Origin: Candidatus Campbellbacteria bacterium
GTDB taxonomy: Bacteria > Patescibacteriota > Minisyncoccia > Phycocordibacterales > EsbW-18
NCBI GenBank assembly: GCA_016699465.1
Contig: CP064977.1
Coordinates: 138,096 to 202,095, forward strand
Direction of reading: 5' to 3'
Length of the DNA: 64,000 nt
A program made the translations under genes and the position numbers. Positions 18,392-27,163 of this stretch are shown in pieces (the first letter of the stretch is position 1; each line of letters opens with the position of its first letter). The notes beneath the pieces were generated by a model. The model was not told the DNA's origin. It saw only the letters and a program-made list of their open reading frames with translations, and searched no databases.

Positions 18392-19624
18392 CTATTGTAC
18401 TCCTTTTTTCTCATCTCTCATAGCAAGAGACTTATGCACATAGAGCATTGAGAAGATGAGGAGCGGGTGCACCGACGTCACGTCCTCGTTGGCAGTGTAA
18501 AAAGGCTTCAACGTATCGCTTGTCAGCACCACACTACTCAGTGGTGAACCTGTGTGCGAACTCACAATGCGCTCTGTGGGCATAAAAAATGTTTGTAGAG
18601 AAACAAAATCTACTGATTCACCGAGAATAAACACCGACGTAGGAATACCTCCTTCTTGTTCGAGTTGAAAAAGAATGTTTCCACAGTGTGTCGCCCACTC
18701 TTTTTGTGTTTTTTCTTGCGCCTCAGTATATCGTTGGGCGACAGTAGCGTCTAATTTACCCGCCTGAAGCGACCGTACCGTACCAAGCACTTCTTCTGGA
18801 AGAATACCTGCATACTGTGCAAATGAACGCATTGCAGATGATGTACCATACGGAAATGTTGCCGTTTCAACCAATACACCATTTCGAACAAACGACACAT
18901 CTGTTACTTCTGAAGAGATATCAACAATAAGGAAGGAGTTTTCTGTAACAAGCGTATCTTGTATACCCACAAATTCCATTGTTGGTGCACATCGGTGCGT
19001 ACAAGGCGTATGTGAGAAAAAACGAGACACACTTTCTTCAACGTACGAATGGAATTTTTTTGAAAGTGCGCCAGACACCACTGAAAACGAAATATGCTTC
19101 CCCACTTTTCCGAGAGGTGTTTCGATTGCATAGCCATTGAGGTGCGTTCCAACGATGTGCTGCTCTAATAGATACACAGAATCTGTTTCATCGGTGCGTA
19201 TTGTTTGAAATGCGTCAAATGATATATGCTGAGCGAGTAATTCAGCCAACATCTTTTGTGTTACCAGTACCGGGCTATCTTTTTCAATTGTGAGTGTTTG
19301 TGTTTGTGAAATAAACCATGGAGATCCGTATACGCAATAGATGTGATCTATATGACCACGTTGGACTCGACGAGACGAAACAAGTGGAATACCCTTTGCC
19401 ACAATTTCGGTGCACGCATCAACAAGAGCCTGCAGTGTTACTGTAGAAAGTCGTGCATGATCAAGTGTTTCTTGAAATGGAACCGCTTTTGAAACACTGT
19501 ACGCAATAAAGGGTTTTTTCTGTGGGTACGCCAAAACAAGAGCTACATGAACGGCACCACTTTCAATACAACAAAGAAGAAAACTATGTTCTTTTTGTTT
19601 TTGTGATCCAAATACAAAGGACAT
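18392..19624 (-). CDS. Actin-fold (FtsA/PilM-like) protein, possibly with a degenerate ATP site
   Basis: FLIVDISSEVTDVSFVRNGVLVETATFPYG parallels the FtsA VVDIGGGTMDIAV ... IPYAG block; the N-terminal phosphate loop is not canonical. Confidence 0.4.
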   Translation of the reverse strand: MSFVFGSQKQKEHSFLLCCIESGAVHVALVLAYPQKKPFIAYSVSKAVPFQETLDHARLSTVTLQALVDACTEIVAKGIPLVSSRRVQRGHIDHIYCVYGSPWFISQTQTLTIEKDSPVLVTQKMLAELLAQHISFDAFQTIRTDETDSVYLLEQHIVGTHLNGYAIETPLGKVGKHISFSVVSGALSKKFHSYVEESVSRFFSHTPCTHRCAPTMEFVGIQDTLVTENSFLIVDISSEVTDVSFVRNGVLVETATFPYGTSSAMRSFAQYAGILPEEVLGTVRSLQAGKLDATVAQRYTEAQEKTQKEWATHCGNILFQLEQEGGIPTSVFILGESVDFVSLQTFFMPTERIVSSHTGSPLSSVVLTSDTLKPFYTANEDVTSVHPLLIFSMLYVHKSLAMRDEKKGVQ

Positions 19625-19680
19625 GACGTGTATAGTGTACCATCTTCAACCTCACAAAACACACATGTGTCTGTGCAGAA

Positions 19681-21477
19681 CTACGAAAGTACTGCCTTGA
19701 TACGTCGTATACCAGCAGCGACCGCTTCTTCTTTTACAATTTTGAAATGACCGAGCTCGCGTGTATTTGTCACATGAGGACCTCCACAGAATTCTCGACT
19801 CACCACAGTTCCCTGCGCATCATGTACGACATACACCGAAACAACATCTGGATACTTTGCACCAAATTCCATTTCCGCACCAAGTGTTTCCGCTTCACTC
19901 TTTGGCATTTCCAAACGTTTCACTTCTAACTGATTCTGGATATACGTATTAACGATATCTTGAACACGTTTCTTTTCCTCATCAGTCATTTTTGTAGGAT
20001 GTGCAAAATCAAAACGGAGACGTTCTGATGTGATGTTGCTTCCTCGCTGCTTCACATGTGCTCCCAACACTTCACGAAGAGCCGCATTGAGAAGGTGTGT
20101 TGCTGTATGAAGGCGAGTTACTTCAGGAGACGCATCCGCAAGTCCGCCCTTAAATTTTTGCTCACTACCTGCACGGGACAGCTCTTGGTGTTTTTTCATT
20201 TCTTCAAAAAAACCTTCTGTATCAACAGTAAAATTATGTTCTTGTGCTACTTCCCGCGTCAGTTCTATAGGAAATCCATACGATTGGTATAAACGAGCAC
20301 ACTCTGCCCCAGAAAGATGTGTATTTCCCTCGCTATTCATTCTTTGAAAAACTTTTTCTATTTCTCGAGTTCCATCAGTTAATGTTTCTGCAAATTTTTC
20401 ACTCTCCTTAAAAATAGTGGCGATGATTGAATCTTTTTTCTCTGGTAACACCTCATAGGTATCACCATACGTATCTACAATAGCTTCCACGAGTGCCTCA
20501 ATTGCTTCGTGTGAAAGTTTTTTGGTATCAGTATTAAACACAGCACGACGAATGAGACGGCGGAGAACGTATCCGCGATCTGTGTTTGACGGAAGAACAC
20601 CGTCACCGATCATAAACACCGCACTTCGTATGTGATCAGAAATAATACGTTGACTTCGGAGCACACGTGAAAGCTCACGTGCTTCAGCCATCACTTTTTC
20701 AAAAATATCCGTATCAAAAATATTATCCTTTCCTTGCAACACTGCGCATATTCGTTCAAATCCAGAACCCGTATCAATATTTTTACGTTCGAGTTTACCA
20801 ACAACGGTGTCGTCCTTCTTTACATACTCCATGAATACATCATTCCAGATCTCTACAATTTTTTGCTCCGTGTCTGCTTTAAGATATGCCTCTTTAGTCA
20901 TTCCGGATGCCAATGTGCCTGTAAGATCATAGAACATTTCCGTATCGGGACCACACGGACCATTTGGACCAGCTTGCCACCAGTTATTTTTTGCAGGCAT
21001 AAAGTAGATTCGTTCACCAGAAACACCATGTCGAGCAAACAAGTCACGCCATATTTCTGCAGATTCTTCATCACGGGGAGCATCATCATTCCCTTCAAAA
21101 CAGGTAACGTACAGGCGCTGTGGGTCGAGCCCAAATCCTTCCTCTTTTGAGGTGAGGAGTTCAAAACTCCATGAAATTGCTTCTTTTTTAAAGTAATCGC
21201 CGAGTGACCAGTTCCCCATCATTTCAAAAAATGTTGCGTGCGTGCTATCTCCCACGTCATCAATATCACCAGTGCGCACACATTTCTGTACATTCACCAG
21301 ACGTGTGCCCAAAGGATGTTTTTCGCCTAACAAGTACGGAACAAGCGGATGCATTCCAGCAGTGGTAAACAGCACAGACGCATCATTTTCAGGAATAAGT
21401 GACGCAGACGGAATAATTGCATGACCGCGCTTGGCAAAGAATTCTAGAAATTTTTTACGAACATCGTGTGAAGGCAT
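19681..21477 (-). CDS. alaS: Alanine--tRNA ligase, short form lacking the C-Ala domain
   Basis: N-terminal catalytic motifs (FTTAGMHPLVPY, FEMMGNWSLGDY) and editing-domain HTATHLLNAALREVLG ... CGGPHV; 598 aa. Confidence 0.9.
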   Translation of the reverse strand: MPSHDVRKKFLEFFAKRGHAIIPSASLIPENDASVLFTTAGMHPLVPYLLGEKHPLGTRLVNVQKCVRTGDIDDVGDSTHATFFEMMGNWSLGDYFKKEAISWSFELLTSKEEGFGLDPQRLYVTCFEGNDDAPRDEESAEIWRDLFARHGVSGERIYFMPAKNNWWQAGPNGPCGPDTEMFYDLTGTLASGMTKEAYLKADTEQKIVEIWNDVFMEYVKKDDTVVGKLERKNIDTGSGFERICAVLQGKDNIFDTDIFEKVMAEARELSRVLRSQRIISDHIRSAVFMIGDGVLPSNTDRGYVLRRLIRRAVFNTDTKKLSHEAIEALVEAIVDTYGDTYEVLPEKKDSIIATIFKESEKFAETLTDGTREIEKVFQRMNSEGNTHLSGAECARLYQSYGFPIELTREVAQEHNFTVDTEGFFEEMKKHQELSRAGSEQKFKGGLADASPEVTRLHTATHLLNAALREVLGAHVKQRGSNITSERLRFDFAHPTKMTDEEKKRVQDIVNTYIQNQLEVKRLEMPKSEAETLGAEMEFGAKYPDVVSVYVVHDAQGTVVSREFCGGPHVTNTRELGHFKIVKEEAVAAGIRRIKAVLS

Positions 21478-21479
21478 AG

Positions 21480-22748
21480 TTAGACATTGAGAATACGATT
21501 TAATTTCGGTGTTTTTTTGACAGGACCAACTGCCGCAAGATTAAGTGTGGCATTTTTGAAAATCTCTCGTGCGACTTTTTGTACATCTTTTGCCGTGACC
21601 TCGGAGATTTCTTTGAGCGCTTCTTCTGGTGTTTGAATCTTTTTATGGAGAATTTCTTGTTCACCAAACCAATTAGCAACATCATCAGATGATTCAAGTC
21701 CCATTTGTGTATGACCCAAAATCATTTCTTTTGCTTTTGCCAACTCAGTAGGTTCAACGAGCTCATTTTTGAGTCGGCGAACCTGAGCAAGGATTTCACT
21801 CAACACTTCCTCAAAACGTTTTGTATCAACACCAGATGCAATTTTAAATACCCCTGTATCTGTTGATGTTTGACTTCCCGCACGAACGTAATAACACACA
21901 CCCATTTCATCGCGAAGTTTTCTAAAAAGACGCGAACTCATACCCCGACCAAGAATCGTTGTAAGTACCTCAACGGCAGGATTTCGTTTGTCAAACAAAT
22001 CAAATGAACGGAAACCAAGAAGAAAGTGAGTTTGGTCTGTTTTTTTAGGTTTTATCAATATTTGAGGGGTTTTCTGATTTTCTTTTGTCTTGGCGCGTTG
22101 AACGTACTTCGCCTTTGGAAGATGCGAGAAGTACTTTGCGATTTTTTTCTCTGCATCAGCAACTGATACATTTCCCGCAACAACAAGCGTTGTCTTTGGA
22201 GCTACATAGTGTGTCGTACGGTACTTGATAAAATCAGGACGTGTAAAGCGAATGAGATTTTCTTTTGAGCCGATAATAGGACGTCCTGCACTCTGACCTT
22301 TATACAAACACTCTTCAAGTACGTCGTGCACAATACGTTGTGGAAGATCTTCATACATATTAAGTTCTTCAATGATGACGCCTCGTTCTGTGGCAATGTC
22401 ATGTTCTGGAAGAAGTGGGTTCAAATACAAATCAGACACAATCTCAAGAATGTGATCAAATTGATGTGCGCGTGCCTTTGCCCAGTAGCCAGTTACTTCA
22501 TCTCCCGTAAATGCGTTACTTTCTGCACCCATAGAATCCAGCTCGTGCGAAATATCTCCTGAATGAGGTCGCTTAGGTGTCCCTTTAAAACACATGTGCT
22601 CAAGAAAGTGTGAAATACCATTCATGCGCTTATCTTCATATCGTGAGCCAGCCTCAACAAGCACCATAACGGTAACCGTTGGATTATCTTTCATTGGAGC
22701 GACAATGGTACGCATACCATTGGGAAGAACTTTTTTGTGATACTTCAT
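21480..22748 (-). CDS. M16-family (pitrilysin/insulinase-like) zinc peptidase
   Basis: Inverted zinc motif HFLEHM (HxxEH) near the N-terminus. Confidence 0.8.
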   Translation of the reverse strand: MKYHKKVLPNGMRTIVAPMKDNPTVTVMVLVEAGSRYEDKRMNGISHFLEHMCFKGTPKRPHSGDISHELDSMGAESNAFTGDEVTGYWAKARAHQFDHILEIVSDLYLNPLLPEHDIATERGVIIEELNMYEDLPQRIVHDVLEECLYKGQSAGRPIIGSKENLIRFTRPDFIKYRTTHYVAPKTTLVVAGNVSVADAEKKIAKYFSHLPKAKYVQRAKTKENQKTPQILIKPKKTDQTHFLLGFRSFDLFDKRNPAVEVLTTILGRGMSSRLFRKLRDEMGVCYYVRAGSQTSTDTGVFKIASGVDTKRFEEVLSEILAQVRRLKNELVEPTELAKAKEMILGHTQMGLESSDDVANWFGEQEILHKKIQTPEEALKEISEVTAKDVQKVAREIFKNATLNLAAVGPVKKTPKLNRILNV

Positions 22749-23362
22749 AAATATGTTTTTAGAATTTCTATATCCGTCTTATGGGTTGGAAGTAATGCTC
22801 GAGAATAAAGCGCCGATGCGGGGTGATATAAAGGAACAATGTCCACAGGCCCATACGGCACTGACGCAGTATACCTTTTTCCATGCGCTTTGCTAATTGG
22901 CTCAATTTGATTTTGGAGACCAAGACGCCCCATTACATACGCCATGGAAAAGCGTCCTAGTGTAGCAATAACTTTTGGTTGAAGTATTTCAATTTGTCTA
23001 TCGAGAAACGGACCGTAGAGTTCTATTTCTTGCGGTGTTGGATCTCGATTTTCTGGCGGACGATCTTTTACAATATTGGTAACGTACACCGTCGAGCGAT
23101 CGAGTCCAATATGTGCAAGGAGTTCATCAAGAATTTTTCCTGCAGCTCCACAAAAAGGTTTACCTGTTTTCGCTTCGTTTTTTCCAGGAGCCTCTCCAAT
23201 AAACATAATATGTGCGTCATGACTTCCCTCTCCTATCACAGGAAAATAATTGTTGTGTGTTCGATATTCATACAAAGGTGACTGTGTAAAATGCAGCAAA
23301 GCGTCACAAACCTCCCTCATACGTTCTATTTTTGAAATTTCAGAACCAGACATATATATCAT
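22745..23362 (-). CDS. Uracil-DNA glycosylase, family 4 (start trimmed from the ORF-track 23440)
   Basis: MFIGEAPG motif, overall family-4 UDG layout. Confidence 0.8.
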   Translation of the reverse strand: MIYMSGSEISKIERMREVCDALLHFTQSPLYEYRTHNNYFPVIGEGSHDAHIMFIGEAPGKNEAKTGKPFCGAAGKILDELLAHIGLDRSTVYVTNIVKDRPPENRDPTPQEIELYGPFLDRQIEILQPKVIATLGRFSMAYVMGRLGLQNQIEPISKAHGKRYTASVPYGPVDIVPLYHPASALYSRALLPTHKTDIEILKTYL

Positions 23363-23370
23363 TGTAGCAT

Positions 23371-24048
23371 TCACTTGCGAGCTTTTGGCCAACGTTTTGC
23401 AACATCGGGATATACTTTTGAAATAGGATGTTGCGTGCAATCGTGTACTCGTCCAGGACAGATTTGGCGACCATATTCAATAAGACGATACGTAAGAACA
23501 AACCACTCTTTCTTAGGAAAAAGTATCATTAAATCTTGTTCAATCTTTTTTGGATCAGCGTGTGTTGTGAGACCAAACTTTTGAGCAAAACGTTTGACGT
23601 GTGTGTCCACTGCAATTCCTTCAACAATTCCATAAGCATTCCCGAGAACCACATTTGCTGTTTTACGTGCAACACCCGGAATGGTGAGCATTTCTTCCAT
23701 GGTGCGTGGTATTTTTCCACCAAAATCATTCGTTATTTTTTGTGCGGCACCAAGAATATTTTTTGTTTTAGCATTAAAAAATCCTGTCTGATGGATATCC
23801 TGTGCAAATTCTTTTGGGTCTGCATGCACATAGTCATCCAGCGTTTTATATTTCTTAAAAAGTTTTTCTGTGACCTCGTTTACCTTTTTATCTGTACATT
23901 GCGCAGAAAGAATAACGGCAACCAACAGTTCCCAATGAGTACTGTACCAAAGCGCCATAGACGCGTTAGGAAATAGTTTCTTGAGTCGAGCATTAATTAC
24001 TCGAGCACGTTTCTTTTTTTCCTGAAGCGTCATACGTGGTACATGCTT
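23371..24048 (-). CDS. nth: Endonuclease III (start trimmed to an internal Met; the ORF-track start at 24303 is unlikely)
   Basis: HhH-GPD core (LTIPGVARKTANVVLGNAYG), catalytic D in IAVDTHV, C-terminal Cys cluster. Confidence 0.8.
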   Translation of the reverse strand, partial: KHVPRMTLQEKKKRARVINARLKKLFPNASMALWYSTHWELLVAVILSAQCTDKKVNEVTEKLFKKYKTLDDYVHADPKEFAQDIHQTGFFNAKTKNILGAAQKITNDFGGKIPRTMEEMLTIPGVARKTANVVLGNAYGIVEGIAVDTHVKRFAQKFGLTTHADPKKIEQDLMILFPKKEWFVLTYRLIEYGRQICPGRVHDCTQHPISKVYPDVAKRWPKARK

Positions 24049-24052
24049 CATA

Positions 24053-24706
24053 TTACATGGTACGTGGCATATACACAGCACAAAGATCCAAGAGTAGTTT
24101 TGGGGAGCACCCACGCTCAAGGACATACGAGCGAACCAGCTCGAGCGTGTGCAAAAAAGATATTTTTTTAGCACCAGGCAGAGATTGTAGCGTGTACTCT
24201 TCCAAATCATTGATAAAACGCACCATCTGTTCTTTATTTTTCTCTTCAATAAGTGGTTGTACCATTTCAAACCGCTCCGTGTATGGTGATGCAACAAACA
24301 CACCTATATCAATACTACTTTTCTGCATACTTGCCACGTGTTCAATCTCCTGTGTTCGCGAGTGAAGTGTTGGCAAAAGTGCATACGCCGAAGGTGTACT
24401 CAAAAACAAAATTGTATTATCTCCAGGTTCTTCGCACACCTTGAGAAGTGCATTCTGTGCTTCGTGTGTACCCAACGAAAAACGAATGAGCACGATTCGC
24501 TTTTCGGTAGGAGCAACTCGAGTACGTAATCGTTCGTGAAGTTTTCGCACAGTATCAATACTAAGCGTATCTTCAGACTCCTCAATATACGTCACCTGCA
24601 CAGATTCTTTTTGAGATAGCGCGTCATGTACAAGAGCATACACACGCGAGCGAATACCGTCCGAATCCCCATGTATACGATAGGCGTGATGGTCGAATAT
24701 ATTCAT
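24053..24706 (-). CDS. holB: DNA polymerase III delta-prime-like clamp-loader subunit (short)
   Basis: NALLKVCEEPGDNTILFLST corresponds to the LLKTLEEPP clamp-loader motif; 217 aa. Confidence 0.55.
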   Translation of the reverse strand: MNIFDHHAYRIHGDSDGIRSRVYALVHDALSQKESVQVTYIEESEDTLSIDTVRKLHERLRTRVAPTEKRIVLIRFSLGTHEAQNALLKVCEEPGDNTILFLSTPSAYALLPTLHSRTQEIEHVASMQKSSIDIGVFVASPYTERFEMVQPLIEEKNKEQMVRFINDLEEYTLQSLPGAKKISFLHTLELVRSYVLERGCSPKLLLDLCAVYMPRTM

Positions 24707-24790
24707 AAATACGAAGCACTAAATTCGAAATACGAAACAAATTTAAAATTCAAATTTTCAAAAGTTTTAAACATTATTCGAATTTCGAGC

Positions 24791-25804
24791 TTATCTCTTA
24801 GCGATAATCGATTTCTTGTACGTATCAAGATGTTCGAGCGCAATACCCGTTCCCTTTGCAACACACAAGAGCGCATCGTCTGCAACAATTGCCCGAACAC
24901 CTGTTGTGCGATAAATGAGCTCGGGAAAATTACGTAGTTGCGATGTTCCACCCGTCATAACAATACCTTTTTCAATAATGTCTGCGGAAAGTTCCGGTGG
25001 TGTTTCTTGAAACACATCTTTTATCGCTTTCACCATTTCGCGCAACTCTCGTCGTGTTGATTTTACAATTTCATTTGTACGAATTTCCATTTCACGCGGC
25101 AATCCCGTTACAACGTCACGCCCACGAATACGTAACGCCAACTCTTCTTCAACAGATACCGCTGAACCAATTTTTATTTTGATACGCTCTGCTGTTTTTT
25201 CTCCAATTGAAAGATTGTAATTTTTCTTTATATAATCAACAATTGCTTGATCAAGCTTATTGCCGGCCGTCTTAACTGATGCACATGTCACAATTCCTCC
25301 TAGGGAAATAACCGCAACGTCTGTCGTTCCTCCCCCAATATCAACCACCATACGTCCTTCAGGATCTTGAATAGGAATTTGTGCACCAATAGCTGCCAAA
25401 ATCGGTTCCTTGATAACATATGCCTGCTTTGCCCCAGCACGTATTGCAGCTTCTACCACCGCACGTCGTTCTGTTGATGTTACTCCCGCAGGAACTGAAA
25501 TGAGAACGTCAGGTTTCCACACATTCCATTTACCTAATGCCTTGTTGATGAAGTAGCGTAACATCGCCTCAGTCACACGGTAGTCAGCAATCACTCCATC
25601 CTTCATCGGTCGGTACGCAATAATATTGTCTGGCGTTTTGCCAATCATTTCTTTCGCATCAATACCAATAGCAAGAATTCTGTTGTCATCTTGAGATACA
25701 ACAACAACGGATGGTTCATTGAGTACAATTCCTTTTCCAGGAACAAATACGAGCACATTTGTTGTTCCTAAATCGATACCAATTTTTTTTGAAAAGAATG
25801 CCAT
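24791..25804 (-). CDS. mreB: Rod-shape-determining protein MreB (start trimmed to [16 protein letters not shown])
   Basis: [20 protein letters not shown], actin-fold hallmarks. Confidence 0.93.
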   Translation of the reverse strand: MAFFSKKIGIDLGTTNVLVFVPGKGIVLNEPSVVVVSQDDNRILAIGIDAKEMIGKTPDNIIAYRPMKDGVIADYRVTEAMLRYFINKALGKWNVWKPDVLISVPAGVTSTERRAVVEAAIRAGAKQAYVIKEPILAAIGAQIPIQDPEGRMVVDIGGGTTDVAVISLGGIVTCASVKTAGNKLDQAIVDYIKKNYNLSIGEKTAERIKIKIGSAVSVEEELALRIRGRDVVTGLPREMEIRTNEIVKSTRRELREMVKAIKDVFQETPPELSADIIEKGIVMTGGTSQLRNFPELIYRTTGVRAIVADDALLCVAKGTGIALEHLDTYKKSIIAKR

Positions 25805-25809
25805 GTTTT

Positions 25810-27138
25810 TTATTGTGCCATCCGTTCTATTGATACACCAATCGCACGAAGTTTTTCTTCGCACTGTTCGTATCCACGATCTATAAAGTGTACATTATGA
25901 ACACGCGACGTTCCCTTTGCAACACACGCGGCAATAATGTATGCCAAACCAGCACGTAAGTCTGGCGTATACAACTCACGACCAGTCAACTTACATGGGC
26001 CTCGCACGACCGCACGGTGCGGATGAGCAATATCGATTGTGGCACCCATATACACAAGATCTTTTGTATACCCCAACCGCCCTTCAAATATCATTTCCTC
26101 AACAATACTTTCACCGTTTGTTTGGGTAAAGAAGACAGTGAATGGTGCCTGCAGGTCTGTCGGAAACCCTGGGTACTCGTGCGTACGAAGTGAACTACAA
26201 ATAAACTCTTTATTTTCTTTTGTGTTGTTGACAATACGGATTGTAGAATCAGTTGTTTCGATTGGTACACCACAGCTCTGTAAAATACGAATGGGTAATT
26301 CGAGGTGTGCGGGATTACAATTTGTAATTTCCAAACGCTCTGCGCAAAGCGCGCCAAGCACCATGTAACTTCCCGCTTCAATCCTGTCGGGAATCACCCG
26401 ATATGGTTCTGATGCAGTATATGAAAGTAATTCTCCACCTGTTCCTCGAATCGTGAGTGTCATGGTACCAATTCCTTCAATACGAGCTCCACATGATTTC
26501 AAAAAATGTGCGAGTTCTGTCACCTCAGGTTCAAGAGCCACATTCTTAAGAAAAGTTGTACCGTGCGCCAAAATCGCAGACATGAGAAGTGTCTCTGTAG
26601 CGGTCACACTCTGTACCTTAAAAAATATTTCAGTACCAATGAGACCTTTTTCTGTTGTTATGGTAAATGAATCCCCATTATGATCTGCAACGCGTGCACC
26701 CATGCTTGTGTATCCATCAAGAAACAAATCGATGGGGCGCTTACCAATAACACATCCTCCGGGTGATGGAAATGAAATAGCTCCCAAACGCGACAACAGT
26801 GGGCCTGTAAGAATAATTGATGCACGTAGTTTGTGTGCAGTGTCCGTATCAAAACTACCATTTGTAATTTTTTCAGGATGAACAACAACCATATCTCCAT
26901 TTCGGACAACGCGCGCACCAGCGTGCGTCAACAATGTTGTCATGTGTTCAATATCGGTTATATCTGGCACATTAGAAAAAGATACCGGCGTTTTAAAAAG
27001 TACCGCACTTGCCAATAGTGGAAGAATATGGTTTTTCGCTCCAGCAACAGCTATACGGCCAGACAACGTTTTTTTGCCATTAAGCCCTGTTACATTAAAA
27101 ACATCTTGTGTTTCAGCCATAGAGATATAGTACCCCAC
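25810..27138 (-). CDS. murA: UDP-N-acetylglucosamine 1-carboxyvinyltransferase
   Basis: EPSP-synthase fold; N-terminal GRIAVAGAKNHILP. Confidence 0.9.
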   Translation of the reverse strand: MGYYISMAETQDVFNVTGLNGKKTLSGRIAVAGAKNHILPLLASAVLFKTPVSFSNVPDITDIEHMTTLLTHAGARVVRNGDMVVVHPEKITNGSFDTDTAHKLRASIILTGPLLSRLGAISFPSPGGCVIGKRPIDLFLDGYTSMGARVADHNGDSFTITTEKGLIGTEIFFKVQSVTATETLLMSAILAHGTTFLKNVALEPEVTELAHFLKSCGARIEGIGTMTLTIRGTGGELLSYTASEPYRVIPDRIEAGSYMVLGALCAERLEITNCNPAHLELPIRILQSCGVPIETTDSTIRIVNNTKENKEFICSSLRTHEYPGFPTDLQAPFTVFFTQTNGESIVEEMIFEGRLGYTKDLVYMGATIDIAHPHRAVVRGPCKLTGRELYTPDLRAGLAYIIAACVAKGTSRVHNVHFIDRGYEQCEEKLRAIGVSIERMAQ

Positions 27139-27163
27139 AAAGAGTTACCAGTGGTATCATAGC

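Noticed and set aside
23371-24303. Full 310-aa ORF-track extent of the endonuclease III gene, overlapping UDG by 70 nt
   Set aside because: The N-terminal 85 aa are Cys/Trp-rich nonsense with no Nth homology. Both genes were trimmed to internal starts, giving a ~10-nt overlap.
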